Positions 18,938-28,307 of a stretch of DNA of 54,706 nucleotides are shown here, in pieces. Source of the stretch: a virus (lineage: Duplodnaviria > Caudoviricetes); IMG/VR virus record IMGVR_UViG_3300044898_000038, positions 1 through 54,706 of that record. The stretch is one strand, 5' to 3'. The position numbers were made by a program, and so were the translations under genes. Positions within the stretch are counted from its first letter, which is position 1; the number at the start of each line of letters is the position of its first letter. The notes beneath the pieces were generated by a model. The model worked only from the letters and a program-made list of their open reading frames with translations. It was not told where the DNA came from and searched no databases.

Positions 18938-19954
18938 TCAGGTCAGTTTGCCCTTGACCAAGGCCTTCGGCCGCGTGCACAGCGATAGCGCGTTCATCTG
19001 GCTGTCAAGGTTGACGCCCTTGTCGTTTTCCATGAGGTACTGCTTCATGTAGATGCGCTGGCCGATGGTGTTGACCGTCTCGACATAGTCGGCGGGCGCA
19101 AAATAGGTCCGAAAAAGGTTCGGAACGCCAAGCGGGAAGATGTGACATTTGCTGGCGTTGATGAACCCCGTGCCACCAACGGCGCCGCGGTAATTTTCCC
19201 ACACGATGCCGCCGAACTCGAAGGATCCGAAGGACATCCCGTTCAAGACATACGCCTTGCGCAGTTCTGCGGCCGCCGGATTGTTCAGGAACGTGGCACG
19301 AACTTCCGGATGCGCCAGCAGCGCATCGAAAAAATCATCGCCGCACAGCGCATGCAGGCCGGCGAACGGGATACCCCCAAGATTGTTCGAGACTTCGCGG
19401 ATGACGGCAGCAACTGCCTTGCGCAACACACCCGAAGCGGGATTTGCGGCGTCGAGATTGAAGTCGATCTCGGCATCTTGTGCGATGCCAAAAGCCGCAA
19501 ACAGGTCGGTCGTGGTCCCGTCGGCATAGGTGATCAAGCCGATCACCGCGCCGATGCGCTGATATTCCAGTGTCACTTCATGGGAGGGGCGATGGATACC
19601 GATGCGATCGGCAACCACTCCCATCACGGTTTGGAGCTGATTTTCCGTGCCCCAGGCGCGCACCCCCTGCACTTCATCGGCATAGATGGCGTCATTGATC
19701 TCGAAGTGAGGCACAACGAACGGTCGCGCGGTCGCCTTGTTTTTGCCGAGCGTGTTGCCGGGACCGCCGCGCGGCGTCGGCGGAATGAGGAGCAGGTTGC
19801 CGTCCTTTTCCTCCAGCACGATGGTGGTGGTGGTCACGCCCCGTTCGTTGAACAGACCCATTTGACCAAGCCGGCCGGGTGCGAACAGCGGTTTGTTGAT
19901 CGCGTCGGTGAGACTAACCACGCCGAACGCATTGCTATTAAAAATGTCCAACAT
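18938..19954 (-). CDS. Major capsid protein (lambda gpE family)
   Basis: DIF...AF...SLT.AIN start, RGGPG, FAPAD..ETVNT.G, CTRP..L end. Confidence 0.93.
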   Translation of the reverse strand: MLDIFNSNAFGVVSLTDAINKPLFAPGRLGQMGLFNERGVTTTTIVLEEKDGNLLLIPPTPRGGPGNTLGKNKATARPFVVPHFEINDAIYADEVQGVRAWGTENQLQTVMGVVADRIGIHRPSHEVTLEYQRIGAVIGLITYADGTTTDLFAAFGIAQDAEIDFNLDAANPASGVLRKAVAAVIREVSNNLGGIPFAGLHALCGDDFFDALLAHPEVRATFLNNPAAAELRKAYVLNGMSFGSFEFGGIVWENYRGAVGGTGFINASKCHIFPLGVPNLFRTYFAPADYVETVNTIGQRIYMKQYLMENDKGVNLDSQMNALSLCTRPKALVKGKLT

Positions 19955-20010
19955 GGTTCGTTGGTCCTTCCGTTTGATTGAGGGGGAAATGAGTGAGAAT
20001 TGCCCGCTTT

Positions 20011-20676
20011 TTAGCGGACCATGATCATTCGTTTGCGCAACTGCTCGATGGCCTCCGCCTTTTGCGGATCGGTGATGCCAGCCGGCCATTCGATGCACTT
20101 GCCGTTAACTTCGGCGGCGCGGACGATGGCGGCGATCTTGGTCGTGGTCGCTCCGTCATTGACGATCGGATAGATCGCAATGCCGGCAGCGTTCTGCGAA
20201 CCATCCGCGCCGGCCGGATTGAGCGCGCCGTAAGTCAGATCGCCAGGCGTCTCGATCCCGATACGAACCTTGAAACTATCGCCGGCAATGAAATCCGCCG
20301 CACCATCGGCGATGGTGAGCTTGATTTCCTTATTGAAGGCGACGGCAACGGTAAGAGGACCGATCTCGCGGCCATCCGGCGTTTGAACGCTGAACGTGCC
20401 CGCGTTCGCCGCAGGGACAGTGCAGGTCAACAGATAGTCGCCGTCGACTGCGCCCTGGCCCGTCGCCGGATTTGCCAGCGTCGCCACGCCGTTGCCGGTA
20501 TTGGCGCCGATGATGATCGAGGAGGTTTCACCGGCCACGATCGGCGCCGCGCCGAGCACGGTGCCGACGAGAATGGTCTGCGAAATTCCGATCAGCACGT
20601 TCTCGCGCGAACCATGACCGTCCAGTTCGGAGAGGATGAATTCGCCCGGGTGCCGGGCCTCGGTGAAGGTTGTCAT
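20011..20676 (-). CDS. Head decoration protein (gpD-like) with inserted domain
   Basis: EF.LSE..G..SRE...GTVLG and P...DGSQ.A.GI...R.AEV....WP motifs. Confidence 0.85.
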   Translation of the reverse strand: MTTFTEARHPGEFILSELDGHGSRENVLIGISQTILVGTVLGAAPIVAGETSSIIIGANTGNGVATLANPATGQGAVDGDYLLTCTVPAANAGTFSVQTPDGREIGPLTVAVAFNKEIKLTIADGAADFIAGDSFKVRIGIETPGDLTYGALNPAGADGSQNAAGIAIYPIVNDGATTTKIAAIVRAAEVNGKCIEWPAGITDPQKAEAIEQLRKRMIMVR

Positions 20677-20726
20677 GTCTCAGGATCCGTTCGTTGAGGA
20701 GGGGAGAAAGAAGGTAAAAAATCGAT

Positions 20727-21188
20727 TCACGCGATTTTCATTCCACGTTTCGACAGCACGTTGTCCCAAGCCGCACCGGTAGCGGCAGCATCCATCTGCT
20801 GGCCGGCGTTTTCATCCGCAGCGAGCTTGGGATCCGGCACGGAGCCATCGAGGCGCGACTGCGACTGTCCTTTCGGCGCGGCCTTGAGCATCGCGCCCGC
20901 GGCTTCGACACTCATTTCACTGTCGAAAGCGAGATGGTGAGCCATGCCCTCACGGCCCTTGGCCTCGACGTGGCCGAGAATGGCTTTCGCTCGCGTGTTG
21001 GCCGCCGCAGTGGCGTCGGTGCCGATCTTGGTGGCGTCATTGCTGGCCTTGAGAAGGCCGGCCCTTTCCCCTTCGGCCATCGCCGCTGTGATGGCGTTGT
21101 TCAACACATCGCGCGATACGGAATCCCTTGAATCAGCATTGATGCCTACGGCCGCCAGCACGGCGGCAATCCCGGTTAGTACGGTCAT
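20727..21188 (-). CDS. Putative capsid scaffolding protein
   Basis: Ala-rich; R..AIL...EAKGRE..A..LA....MS.E.A...L..AP; lies between protease and decoration genes. Confidence 0.7.
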   Translation of the reverse strand: MTVLTGIAAVLAAVGINADSRDSVSRDVLNNAITAAMAEGERAGLLKASNDATKIGTDATAAANTRAKAILGHVEAKGREGMAHHLAFDSEMSVEAAGAMLKAAPKGQSQSRLDGSVPDPKLAADENAGQQMDAAATGAAWDNVLSKRGMKIA

Positions 21189-21226
21189 TGCAGTCTCCTT
21201 CGAATGGGGGCGCGAAGCCCCGGTGG

Positions 21227-22150
21227 TTAGTGGATCAGCGAAACAAACTGCTCGAACGCTTCTGACGGCCGCGCGACGCCGTCGACCAGTCCCGCCCTGA
21301 CAGCATCTTCACCCGTGAAAGCGTCGGCTTCGGTCGCCAGCGCTGCGGCTTTTGTCAGGCGCGATCCGCGAAACTGCGCAACGGTTTCGGCGAAGTGGTC
21401 GCGCATCCGGTCAACGCGATCCTGCATCTTGGCGCGGACCTCGTCCGGCAACGGGCCGAACGGATGCCCGGATCCCTTGTGCTTGCCGCTGCCGATGATC
21501 GTCACCTTCGATCCGGCTTTTTCCAGCTTTGCCGAGTGATCGATGTGCATCGTCATGGCACCGATCGAGCCAGCGCCGCCCATGTCGGGAATCACGATCT
21601 GGCGCTGCGCAGCAGCCATCAGATAGCCGGCCGAATAGGCAAAATCGTTGAGTATTGCCAGTGTGGGCATAACCTTCGAAAGTTCGAACATCATCTGTGA
21701 CGTATCGAACGCGCCGGCGGCCTCGCCGCCGAATGTGTCATACTCGAAAACAGCGGCGCGAACGGACGTATCGCGGCGGATGGCCTGAATCTTCGTCTGC
21801 ACACCCTGCAGCGACATTTCGCCGGACGATTGCCCCAGAAACGCGCCTTTGTGAACCAGCGTACCCTCGACCGGCACGATCGCGACCGGTCCGATGCGAT
21901 CGAAAATCTGATTTCCACGGCCGGCCTGCTCATAGGCGCGGCCAAGCCGATCGCCGAGCGTGCCAAGGCTCTCTGACACACGACCATTAGAGAATGCGAT
22001 GTGCTCGACAGGGATGACATCGCCGAACTCGACACCACCTTCGACGATACGGCCGCCAAGGCCGGTCAAAATCGCAACTGCCTTCGACGCATCGATCAAC
22101 AACGGCGTGTTGAACATTCGCGAGGCGATGTGCGGCATCAGCATCGTCAT
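21227..22150 (-). CDS. S49 family capsid maturation protease (lambda gpC-like)
   Basis: GTLVHK, DT.GGE, AYSAGY, GSIG, G.HK..G.P motifs. Confidence 0.92.
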   Translation of the reverse strand: MTMLMPHIASRMFNTPLLIDASKAVAILTGLGGRIVEGGVEFGDVIPVEHIAFSNGRVSESLGTLGDRLGRAYEQAGRGNQIFDRIGPVAIVPVEGTLVHKGAFLGQSSGEMSLQGVQTKIQAIRRDTSVRAAVFEYDTFGGEAAGAFDTSQMMFELSKVMPTLAILNDFAYSAGYLMAAAQRQIVIPDMGGAGSIGAMTMHIDHSAKLEKAGSKVTIIGSGKHKGSGHPFGPLPDEVRAKMQDRVDRMRDHFAETVAQFRGSRLTKAAALATEADAFTGEDAVRAGLVDGVARPSEAFEQFVSLIH

Positions 22151-23778
22151 TGACCCGGCCTCTTGTCAGCCACTGCGTCCGCGGCATCGTTGCCGGCGTC
22201 GCTCGGATCCGGCAGAAGCCCGGAGCCGGCCGAAAGTGTCCGCGTCAAACCGCGCTCCTTGAGCATCGCTTCTTCGCGTGCGATCTGATCGAGGGTTTCT
22301 TCGAGATCGCCGCCCTGGTCGGCGCATTCCGTCTCCAGTGTCGCGGTCATGTTTCCCATGCGAAGCCCCGCGCCCTGCGCTTCCTTGACCGGATCGACAT
22401 AACCTCGACCGGGGCCGATCCATCGCCCGCGAAGATAAGCACCGGGCACGTCCCAAAAATCGGGAAGGCCCTTCGGAACGGCAATGTAACCACGTTCGAA
22501 GGCTTCCTCGATCACGGCAAGGCGAATTGGATCGGCGACCTGTTCGGTAAAGGCCGAGAAGATCGTCATGATGTGACGCCAGACTTCATTGAGCGCGGCG
22601 CGAGCCGACGAATAATTCACCATCGACCAATCCATCGACAGCTGCTCGTAGGAAACGCCGAGCGCCGAAGCGATCGATTGCAGGAATGCAGACTGGAATT
22701 TCGGAAACGAGACCGTGCTGCGCGTCGCGTTGTTGATCTGGATTTCATCGCCGACCGGCATCACGGGAATCCGGACGCCGTTGAGCATCGCCGGATTCTT
22801 CTCATAATAAGCGAGGCGACCGTCGGCGAAGGTAGTCGATTGCGGCGTGAACGCCTGGTTGACGGCGTCGACCGGCAGCGACGACTTGACGAAGGCCGCG
22901 AACAGCGCATTCACCATCGCCGATGCCAGTTCGGTATCGGCGAACTTGCCGATCATTCGCATGCGCTGCATCAGCGCCGCGAACGGCGTGATGGCGCGTG
23001 CCTGATCTTCGCGATCGGGCTCGAAGCCGTGAATGAAAACCGGCCGGCCCCAGCTCGTGCTGCGAGGAATCCGCGTCCATGTCAGGGCGTTCGGCCGGAT
23101 ATCATACCAGTCGCTCGGATGGCCGTTGCGGACGTGGTACGCGATCGGCTCGCCATCGTCGTCGAACTCGACGCCGGCGCGCATCGTCGCCGTCGTGGCG
23201 GCGCCATTTGGTTGCGAAAGGCGATCGGGATCAATGGCGCGGACGCAGGTGGAATACCGGCCCCTGCTTTTCCATCCGAGTGAAGCTGTCGTTTCGCCGT
23301 TGATGACCCATGTCCGGCACAGCAGCCGAAACATCCCGTTCATCGAGAGCCGGCGTTGCGCATCGCAGCGGCGCAGCGGATCATTGGCGAAGGTGCGCCA
23401 TTCGGCTTCCATCGCTTCGCCAAGGTCGCGCGCGATCTTTGCGTCTTTCTTTTTCGATGGGCTCAAGCCGAGCGCCCTCATGTCGGGCTTCGACGACGAT
23501 CGCAGTCCGGCGCCGATCAGCATGTCGACCAGCTTCGCCACGCCGGCCACGGCGTGCGGGTCGTTGCGAACGAGATCGCGGACCCGCGCAATCGAAAGAT
23601 CCCGGTTCGGAAGAATGGCGGAATCCGCCGATGCGCCGAACGGCCGCCAGGCGGCCATTTCTTGCGAATGATAAGACCCCGACCGGTATGCCGTCGGCCA
23701 GAACGCTTCCGCCCGTATGCCGGCGATGTAAGACGCCGGCACCGGCGTGCCACTAGAATCAAGGACCGCAGTCGTCAT
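22147..23778 (-). CDS. Portal protein (lambda family)
   Basis: R.RDLVRND, GVEFD..G.P.AY, YEQLS.D...NYSSARA, VDP.KE motifs. Confidence 0.95.
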   Translation of the reverse strand: MTTAVLDSSGTPVPASYIAGIRAEAFWPTAYRSGSYHSQEMAAWRPFGASADSAILPNRDLSIARVRDLVRNDPHAVAGVAKLVDMLIGAGLRSSSKPDMRALGLSPSKKKDAKIARDLGEAMEAEWRTFANDPLRRCDAQRRLSMNGMFRLLCRTWVINGETTASLGWKSRGRYSTCVRAIDPDRLSQPNGAATTATMRAGVEFDDDGEPIAYHVRNGHPSDWYDIRPNALTWTRIPRSTSWGRPVFIHGFEPDREDQARAITPFAALMQRMRMIGKFADTELASAMVNALFAAFVKSSLPVDAVNQAFTPQSTTFADGRLAYYEKNPAMLNGVRIPVMPVGDEIQINNATRSTVSFPKFQSAFLQSIASALGVSYEQLSMDWSMVNYSSARAALNEVWRHIMTIFSAFTEQVADPIRLAVIEEAFERGYIAVPKGLPDFWDVPGAYLRGRWIGPGRGYVDPVKEAQGAGLRMGNMTATLETECADQGGDLEETLDQIAREEAMLKERGLTRTLSAGSGLLPDPSDAGNDAADAVADKRPGQ

Positions 23779-23797
23779 GCTGTTTCAGATTTCCAAA

Positions 23798-24013
23798 TTA
23801 GAAGATGAAGCCGACGGCGCCGCGCGCCGAACGCCCCGCAACCTTCGCCTCGAGCTCGGCAATATAGGCATCAAGCCGATCGGCATTCGCCGCCGTGAAC
23901 TTGGTACGCTGCTGGCCGCCGGCGCCGCCGAAGTCGCATTCGACGATGCCCTGCCCCATCAACAGCGCGTGGCGCGCTGCGCGGGCAGCGTCGAGCATGT
24001 CCTGGTCAGTCAT
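23798..24013 (-). CDS. Head-tail joining protein gpW-like
   Basis: L..AR.A.H.L..G.......FT.AN...L..YI.ELE motif. Confidence 0.88.
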   Translation of the reverse strand: MTDQDMLDAARAARHALLMGQGIVECDFGGAGGQQRTKFTAANADRLDAYIAELEAKVAGRSARGAVGFIF

Positions 24014-24459
24014 GACAGCGGGCCGGTTTGAAGATCGAGCGACATCAGAACATCGGCACCGCTCAACCCTCCAAACGTCGCGAGCCGCTTGAACCCCCAA
24101 TTCTTGGAGTAGAAATCCGGAACGGTCGTTGCGAGTATTACGTGCTCGGCAACCGCATGGAGGTCTGCGAGACACTGATCAACCAGAGCTCGGCCAATCC
24201 CGGCTTTCTGTTTCGTGAGTTCAACATTCACCCAGGAGAGGCTGAAGGTTCCATAGGCGAGCCAGTTGGCTACGTAGCCAGCGCAGCCGACAAGAGCATC
24301 GCCTTCAACGGCAGAATAGAAGAACGGCCGGAACGGATACGGCATGAACGCGGTCAGCACTTCCGCCGAAAAATGCTCGGCCATTTGCCGCGAATAATTT
24401 TGCGAAACAATCCGCGACAGCATCGGAATATCGCTCTCGATTGTTCGGCGGATCAGCAT
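24010..24459 (-). CDS. GNAT-family acetyltransferase
   Basis: V....QKAGIGRALV acetyl-CoA motif A and FY...GF motif. Overlaps both neighbouring genes. Confidence 0.85.
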   Translation of the reverse strand: MLIRRTIESDIPMLSRIVSQNYSRQMAEHFSAEVLTAFMPYPFRPFFYSAVEGDALVGCAGYVANWLAYGTFSLSWVNVELTKQKAGIGRALVDQCLADLHAVAEHVILATTVPDFYSKNWGFKRLATFGGLSGADVLMSLDLQTGPLS

Positions 24460-26489
24460 CAAATTCCCCTGTTCATTTCCGCAAGCCGCGCCCACGGATC
24501 ATCTTTCGGCACTTCGATCGGTATCTCGCCCGTCACCATGTCGGCGCCGCGCTGGAACGCGCGCGGCGTGAACAGGTCCGGCGTGCGCAAGTCTTCCGGA
24601 ATGCCGCGCTCGGCTGCGAGCCGGGCCCAGTCGTCCGAGGTGAAGCTCGCAAAATACGCATCGAGCGACGCCATGTTGTAGATGCGGCAATCCAGCCAGT
24701 GATTGTCGGCGCCGGCGCGGACGGTCCAGACCTGCAGCTTGCGCTTCTTCTTGCCCTTGCCGGTCTTTTCGTCGGCAAGGAATTCCGACGTGATCTGCTT
24801 GAAGTAGGCTTCGTCCTGAAAGTTTCCGAAGTGGCAGTAGCCCATCGGATAGACCAGGCTGGAACCTTCCGCCTTCGCAACAAGGGCCAGATATGTGTAG
24901 AACGTGCTCTTCAGCGGCCAGGTGCCGACATAACGGACCGTGGCACCGCCCTTGAATATCTTGCCGCGGTAGTCGACGTCCGTCGGCGTCGCCGTCGAGA
25001 GCGGCGGCCGGGCCCAGCCGTCGCGGCCGATGATCGCCTGCGTGCCGGCATGCAGCCGGGTCCAGGTCTTGACCGCGCCGGTATTGTAGTTGGCATCGAC
25101 CGAAAACGTATCGGGGCGCCGCAGTTGCCCGTAAGCGTCCGGCCACGACCGGTGATAGAGCGCCGTCAACTCCAAGAACGCGCCGGCGTCGTGATCCGTG
25201 GTGGCGCCTTCGATGTAGCCGTAGTCGATCACCCAGCTTTCGCGGTTCGGCGCGACCGCCAGTGCCTCCCAATAGATGCCGCGCTTCTGCACGTCGGCTG
25301 CGATCGCCAGCAGCAGCGCGCCGGGCGGGATGTGTCCGCGCCGATAGTCCTCGCGGCGCTCGAACAGCCGCATATGGTCCGGCGCATCGCCGCGGAAGCG
25401 GTAGGCGAGCCCCATTTTCAGGGTCGAATAGTCTTTTTTCGCGGTCTCACTCTTGCGCGAGCCCAGCCAGTCTTCCGCGAGCGCCTCATAGGACATCATC
25501 AGCGAGATGAAGGCGTCGATATGGAAGCCCGGCTGGCGCCTCAGGTCGTCGAGAACGCTGGCGATCCATTTTCCGGCGCGGACCGCGTCGACACGCTCGG
25601 TTTCCGAGACGCCGTGGCCGCAATCACACCGATAAACTGACCGGTGCGGGTGTTTTTCGTCGATCAGGAAGTTATCGAAGCGATGGACGAACAGTTTTAG
25701 GCATTCCGGGCACAGACAATTCCAGAAGCGCTGATCCGAGCGCTCGAACTTCAGCGTAATGCGACAATGGCCCTCGGTGTCGCCGCTCGGATCGCCGGTG
25801 TCGACTTCCGGCGTCGAGATATTCAGGATTTTGAAGTTCTTGCGGCGCCGGAACGCCGTGAAGCGGCCTTTGAACAGGGTGTCCGGATCCCCAGTCCCCG
25901 GGATGTTCTCCCATTTGGAAAATTCGTCGCGAATTCCCTTCTTCGCGGTCTTACCACTCAGGTCCATCTTGGAATGAGCGTTCGCCAGCCACAGCCGTCC
26001 GCCGGCGAACACCTTTTCCATCGTGGTCGACCCAGCCATGGTGCGGGCCATCGGATAGATGATCGGCGGCTTGTTACCGCCGACGCCATCGCAGCCGATA
26101 TGCTTCTGCCAGGCATCGATCAGCGGCTGCAGTTTTGCGTTGTTGATGTCCCGGAGGAAGTCGATCCCAGGGCATGCATACAACGTATTACACGGCTCGC
26201 AGCGGGCGATGAACAACCCCCACGCCAATGCCAGTATTGACGCGCCCGATTGCTCGGATTTCCGGATGCTTACTTCGGTGCACGGATAATCATCGTCGAG
26301 GCAGCGAGCTATGTCGACTAGGTAGGGAGCGCCATCGGCGTTCCAGAGATCGCCGGCATTGGGCCCGTCGATCAAGATTATGTTCTTTGGCAGCCAATCC
26401 GCAAAACTGATCTCTTCGCGCGGCGACAGTGACGCATCGAACAGCGCGGCGAGCGTATCAAGGGCCGATTGCAGAAACTGAACAGTCAC
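24459..26489 (-). CDS. Terminase large subunit (lambda gpA family)
   Basis: KSEQSGAS Walker A variant, DE Walker B, ISTP, SDQR...CP.C, DVQ, NHWLDC.IY motifs. GTG start. Confidence 0.95.
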   Translation of the reverse strand: MTVQFLQSALDTLAALFDASLSPREEISFADWLPKNIILIDGPNAGDLWNADGAPYLVDIARCLDDDYPCTEVSIRKSEQSGASILALAWGLFIARCEPCNTLYACPGIDFLRDINNAKLQPLIDAWQKHIGCDGVGGNKPPIIYPMARTMAGSTTMEKVFAGGRLWLANAHSKMDLSGKTAKKGIRDEFSKWENIPGTGDPDTLFKGRFTAFRRRKNFKILNISTPEVDTGDPSGDTEGHCRITLKFERSDQRFWNCLCPECLKLFVHRFDNFLIDEKHPHRSVYRCDCGHGVSETERVDAVRAGKWIASVLDDLRRQPGFHIDAFISLMMSYEALAEDWLGSRKSETAKKDYSTLKMGLAYRFRGDAPDHMRLFERREDYRRGHIPPGALLLAIAADVQKRGIYWEALAVAPNRESWVIDYGYIEGATTDHDAGAFLELTALYHRSWPDAYGQLRRPDTFSVDANYNTGAVKTWTRLHAGTQAIIGRDGWARPPLSTATPTDVDYRGKIFKGGATVRYVGTWPLKSTFYTYLALVAKAEGSSLVYPMGYCHFGNFQDEAYFKQITSEFLADEKTGKGKKKRKLQVWTVRAGADNHWLDCRIYNMASLDAYFASFTSDDWARLAAERGIPEDLRTPDLFTPRAFQRGADMVTGEIPIEVPKDDPWARLAEMNRGI

Positions 26490-26498
26490 ACAACGCCG

Positions 26499-27149
26499 TC
26501 ACTGTGTCGTTTCGGACAGCAACATCTCGGATTGCAGTTGCATTCCAGCCGCATCCGACGTCGCGCGGGCTCTTGCAGCGAAAGCCATGTTCTTCGTCGC
26601 CTTAACGACCTCCTCGCGCTGAGCGCGCGTGATCCGTTTCAAGGCTGCGCGCATCCCGTTATCTCCTTCCTTGATCGCGATGGCGGTGAGCTCGGAATCC
26701 CTTGCGAGCAATCCGTCGATAATAGCGCCGATCCGGGCAGCCAAGCTTTCCCCAATCGGCTCGAACTCGGCAACCGGCAGCAGGTTGCCCCGCGCACGCT
26801 CAAGCTCGATGAACTTCAGATCAGCCGAATAGGCCTTTTCGCGGGTCTGCTCGTCACGAAAGCGCCCATCGGGTGGCGCGCGCTGTGCATCCGTGGCGCT
26901 CGGGTTGGCCGCGGCCTTGGTAGCTGCACCCTGCTCTCTGGCCCCGTCGCCAACCGCGCCGATCGCGGTGTCGTATTGCGCCAGGTTGATAAGCTTCTGC
27001 TTGCCCGTGCCAGGCTTAACCGTCAGGCGGCCGGCTTCGACCAGCCTTGTGACCTTTTCCGAGATGGTGGACTTGCCGACGCGCTTTTTCGCCGCGAGTT
27101 CGGTGACCGAAAGCCACAGCCCAGCGTCAAGTTCGGTGTGTTCGGGCAT
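26499..27149 (-). CDS. Terminase small subunit (Nu1-like)
   Basis: N-terminal HTH (SVTELA...VGKSTIS) and ELE..RG.LLP motif, directly upstream of TerL. Confidence 0.85.
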   Translation of the reverse strand: MPEHTELDAGLWLSVTELAAKKRVGKSTISEKVTRLVEAGRLTVKPGTGKQKLINLAQYDTAIGAVGDGAREQGAATKAAANPSATDAQRAPPDGRFRDEQTREKAYSADLKFIELERARGNLLPVAEFEPIGESLAARIGAIIDGLLARDSELTAIAIKEGDNGMRAALKRITRAQREEVVKATKNMAFAARARATSDAAGMQLQSEMLLSETTQ

Positions 27150-27254
27150 GTCCTGTTCGGGTGTTCGGCATGTTCGGTCAGTTTCAAAACCCGTCCAACT
27201 GGAAAACCCCGGCGAGCATTTATGCCCGAGGGTGTAAGTCGCGGGGAAGGACCC
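27131..27254 (-). promoter_or_regulatory. Putative cos packaging site (cosQ-like GGGTCCT, cosN-like dyad, repeated binding sites)
   Basis: Minus-strand GGGTCCT at 27254-27248, dyad CGGGCAT-AA-ATGCTCG at 27228-27213 followed by GGGGTTTTCC, and five (T)GTTCGG repeats at 27131-27177. Confidence 0.65.
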
Positions 27255-27280
27255 GCTCAGTTCCACCTGTTGCTCGTTGG

Positions 27281-27856
27281 TCAGTGACCTCGGAGGGTGT
27301 CGGTAATAGCCCGCTCGACTTGCAGCGGCAGGTCGGCCGTGATCAGCGCGTCGAAGGCGGCCAGCGTCCGGCCTTGCAGCATCTCGGTCGGGATGTAGAC
27401 GCCGGACCGGCCGCCTTCGATCGGCAACCGGCCCTTGCCCCGACGAATGAACACGTTGCCGTCCATCCCCTTGCCCTTGCCGCGACTGTCGAAGCGCACG
27501 CGCTTCGGGAAGCGGCCGGCCTTCATGAAGGTGTGTGGTACAACGATCCGCTTGCCGAGCGGTGCAGCACTGACACCCGCTCTGGTCTCGCGCGCCTTGA
27601 AGAAGCGCAGGTTGATGTTGCCGCCGCGGGTCTTAAGGGCGAAGCTAAGGTTACGCTCGCTGGCCCGATACGACTTCACAGCCCGCTTGATGGTCTTGCG
27701 CTGCAAGCCAGTTTGATCCGTCAACGCCCGAACTACCTGCGTGACGGCTTTGGCGCCGGTACGGTTGAGCGCCCGCATCGCCACCTTTGGCATCGCCCGG
27801 CGCAAATCGACCAGCCGCTCGATCTGCTCAATGCTCAACGAGCGGCTGAAATTCAT
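27281..27856 (-). CDS. Minor tail/neck protein (lambda gpZ-like)
   Basis: RALNRT, basic composition, VF.R.GK.RLPI motif. Confidence 0.75.
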   Translation of the reverse strand: MNFSRSLSIEQIERLVDLRRAMPKVAMRALNRTGAKAVTQVVRALTDQTGLQRKTIKRAVKSYRASERNLSFALKTRGGNINLRFFKARETRAGVSAAPLGKRIVVPHTFMKAGRFPKRVRFDSRGKGKGMDGNVFIRRGKGRLPIEGGRSGVYIPTEMLQGRTLAAFDALITADLPLQVERAITDTLRGH

Positions 27857-28038
27857 CGGATACCGCGGCCCAGCGTCATGCGCACCAGAGACAGCCTTGC
27901 ACGAGCCTGAAATGCCGCGTCCTCAATCAAGCTACGGGCAACGAAGCGAACATTATCCACAGCTGCGCCGGAATCACCGCGTCCGACTGCCGACGCGGCG
28001 CGCTGAAGGGCAATCTTGCGTTCAGCGCAGCGGCACAT
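27853..28038 (-). CDS. Small hypothetical protein
   Basis: MCRCAERK..., ATGA overlap with the downstream gene. Confidence 0.4.
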   Translation of the reverse strand: MCRCAERKIALQRAASAVGRGDSGAAVDNVRFVARSLIEDAAFQARARLSLVRMTLGRGIR

Positions 28039-28050
28039 CGTGAAAATCCG

Positions 28051-28155
28051 AAAAGGGCCGCTTGCGGAGGGCATCCAAACAAGCGGCCCCAAGTCTAGGG
28101 AGGAAACGCCCAAGGAGGGCTGCGATAGTGCCAAGGCGCCTATCGCATACCCTAT
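28051..28155 (-). ncRNA. suhB/MmgR (alpha-r8, BjrC2)-like small RNA
   Basis: 5' hairpin TGCGATAG...CTATCGCA, core GCCCTCCTTGGGCGTTTCCTCCCTAGACTT, terminator GGGCCGCTTG...CAAGCGGCCC-TTTT. Family recognised from memory of the core motif. Confidence 0.75.
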
Positions 28156-28157
28156 GC

Positions 28158-28193
28158 AAACAGAAACGCCCGACAGGTCGAGCCTGCCGGGCG
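28158..28193 (-). terminator. Intrinsic terminator T2 in late leader
   Basis: CGCCCGGCAGG-CTCGA-CCTGTCGGGCG-TTTCTGTTT. Confidence 0.75.
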
Positions 28194-28307
28194 CTGGTTC
28201 CAGATTATGAGGAGGATGCTTACTTCATGGCCGGTCTCCGGCGTAATGACGTTCTGTGGTGAACGACGCGTCACGGCCTTTGCAGGCCCTGTACCCTATA
28301 GACATGC

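Noticed and set aside
27131-27177. GTTC repeats as alphaproteobacterial LexA boxes (GTTC-N7-GTTC)
   Set aside because: Start-to-start spacings are 9, 15, 8 and 9 nt, never 11.
28195-28262. CTCATAA as a tRNA-Met anticodon loop, or GCCGGAGACCGGC as a cobalamin riboswitch
   Set aside because: Flanks do not form an anticodon stem or cloverleaf, and other riboswitch elements are missing.
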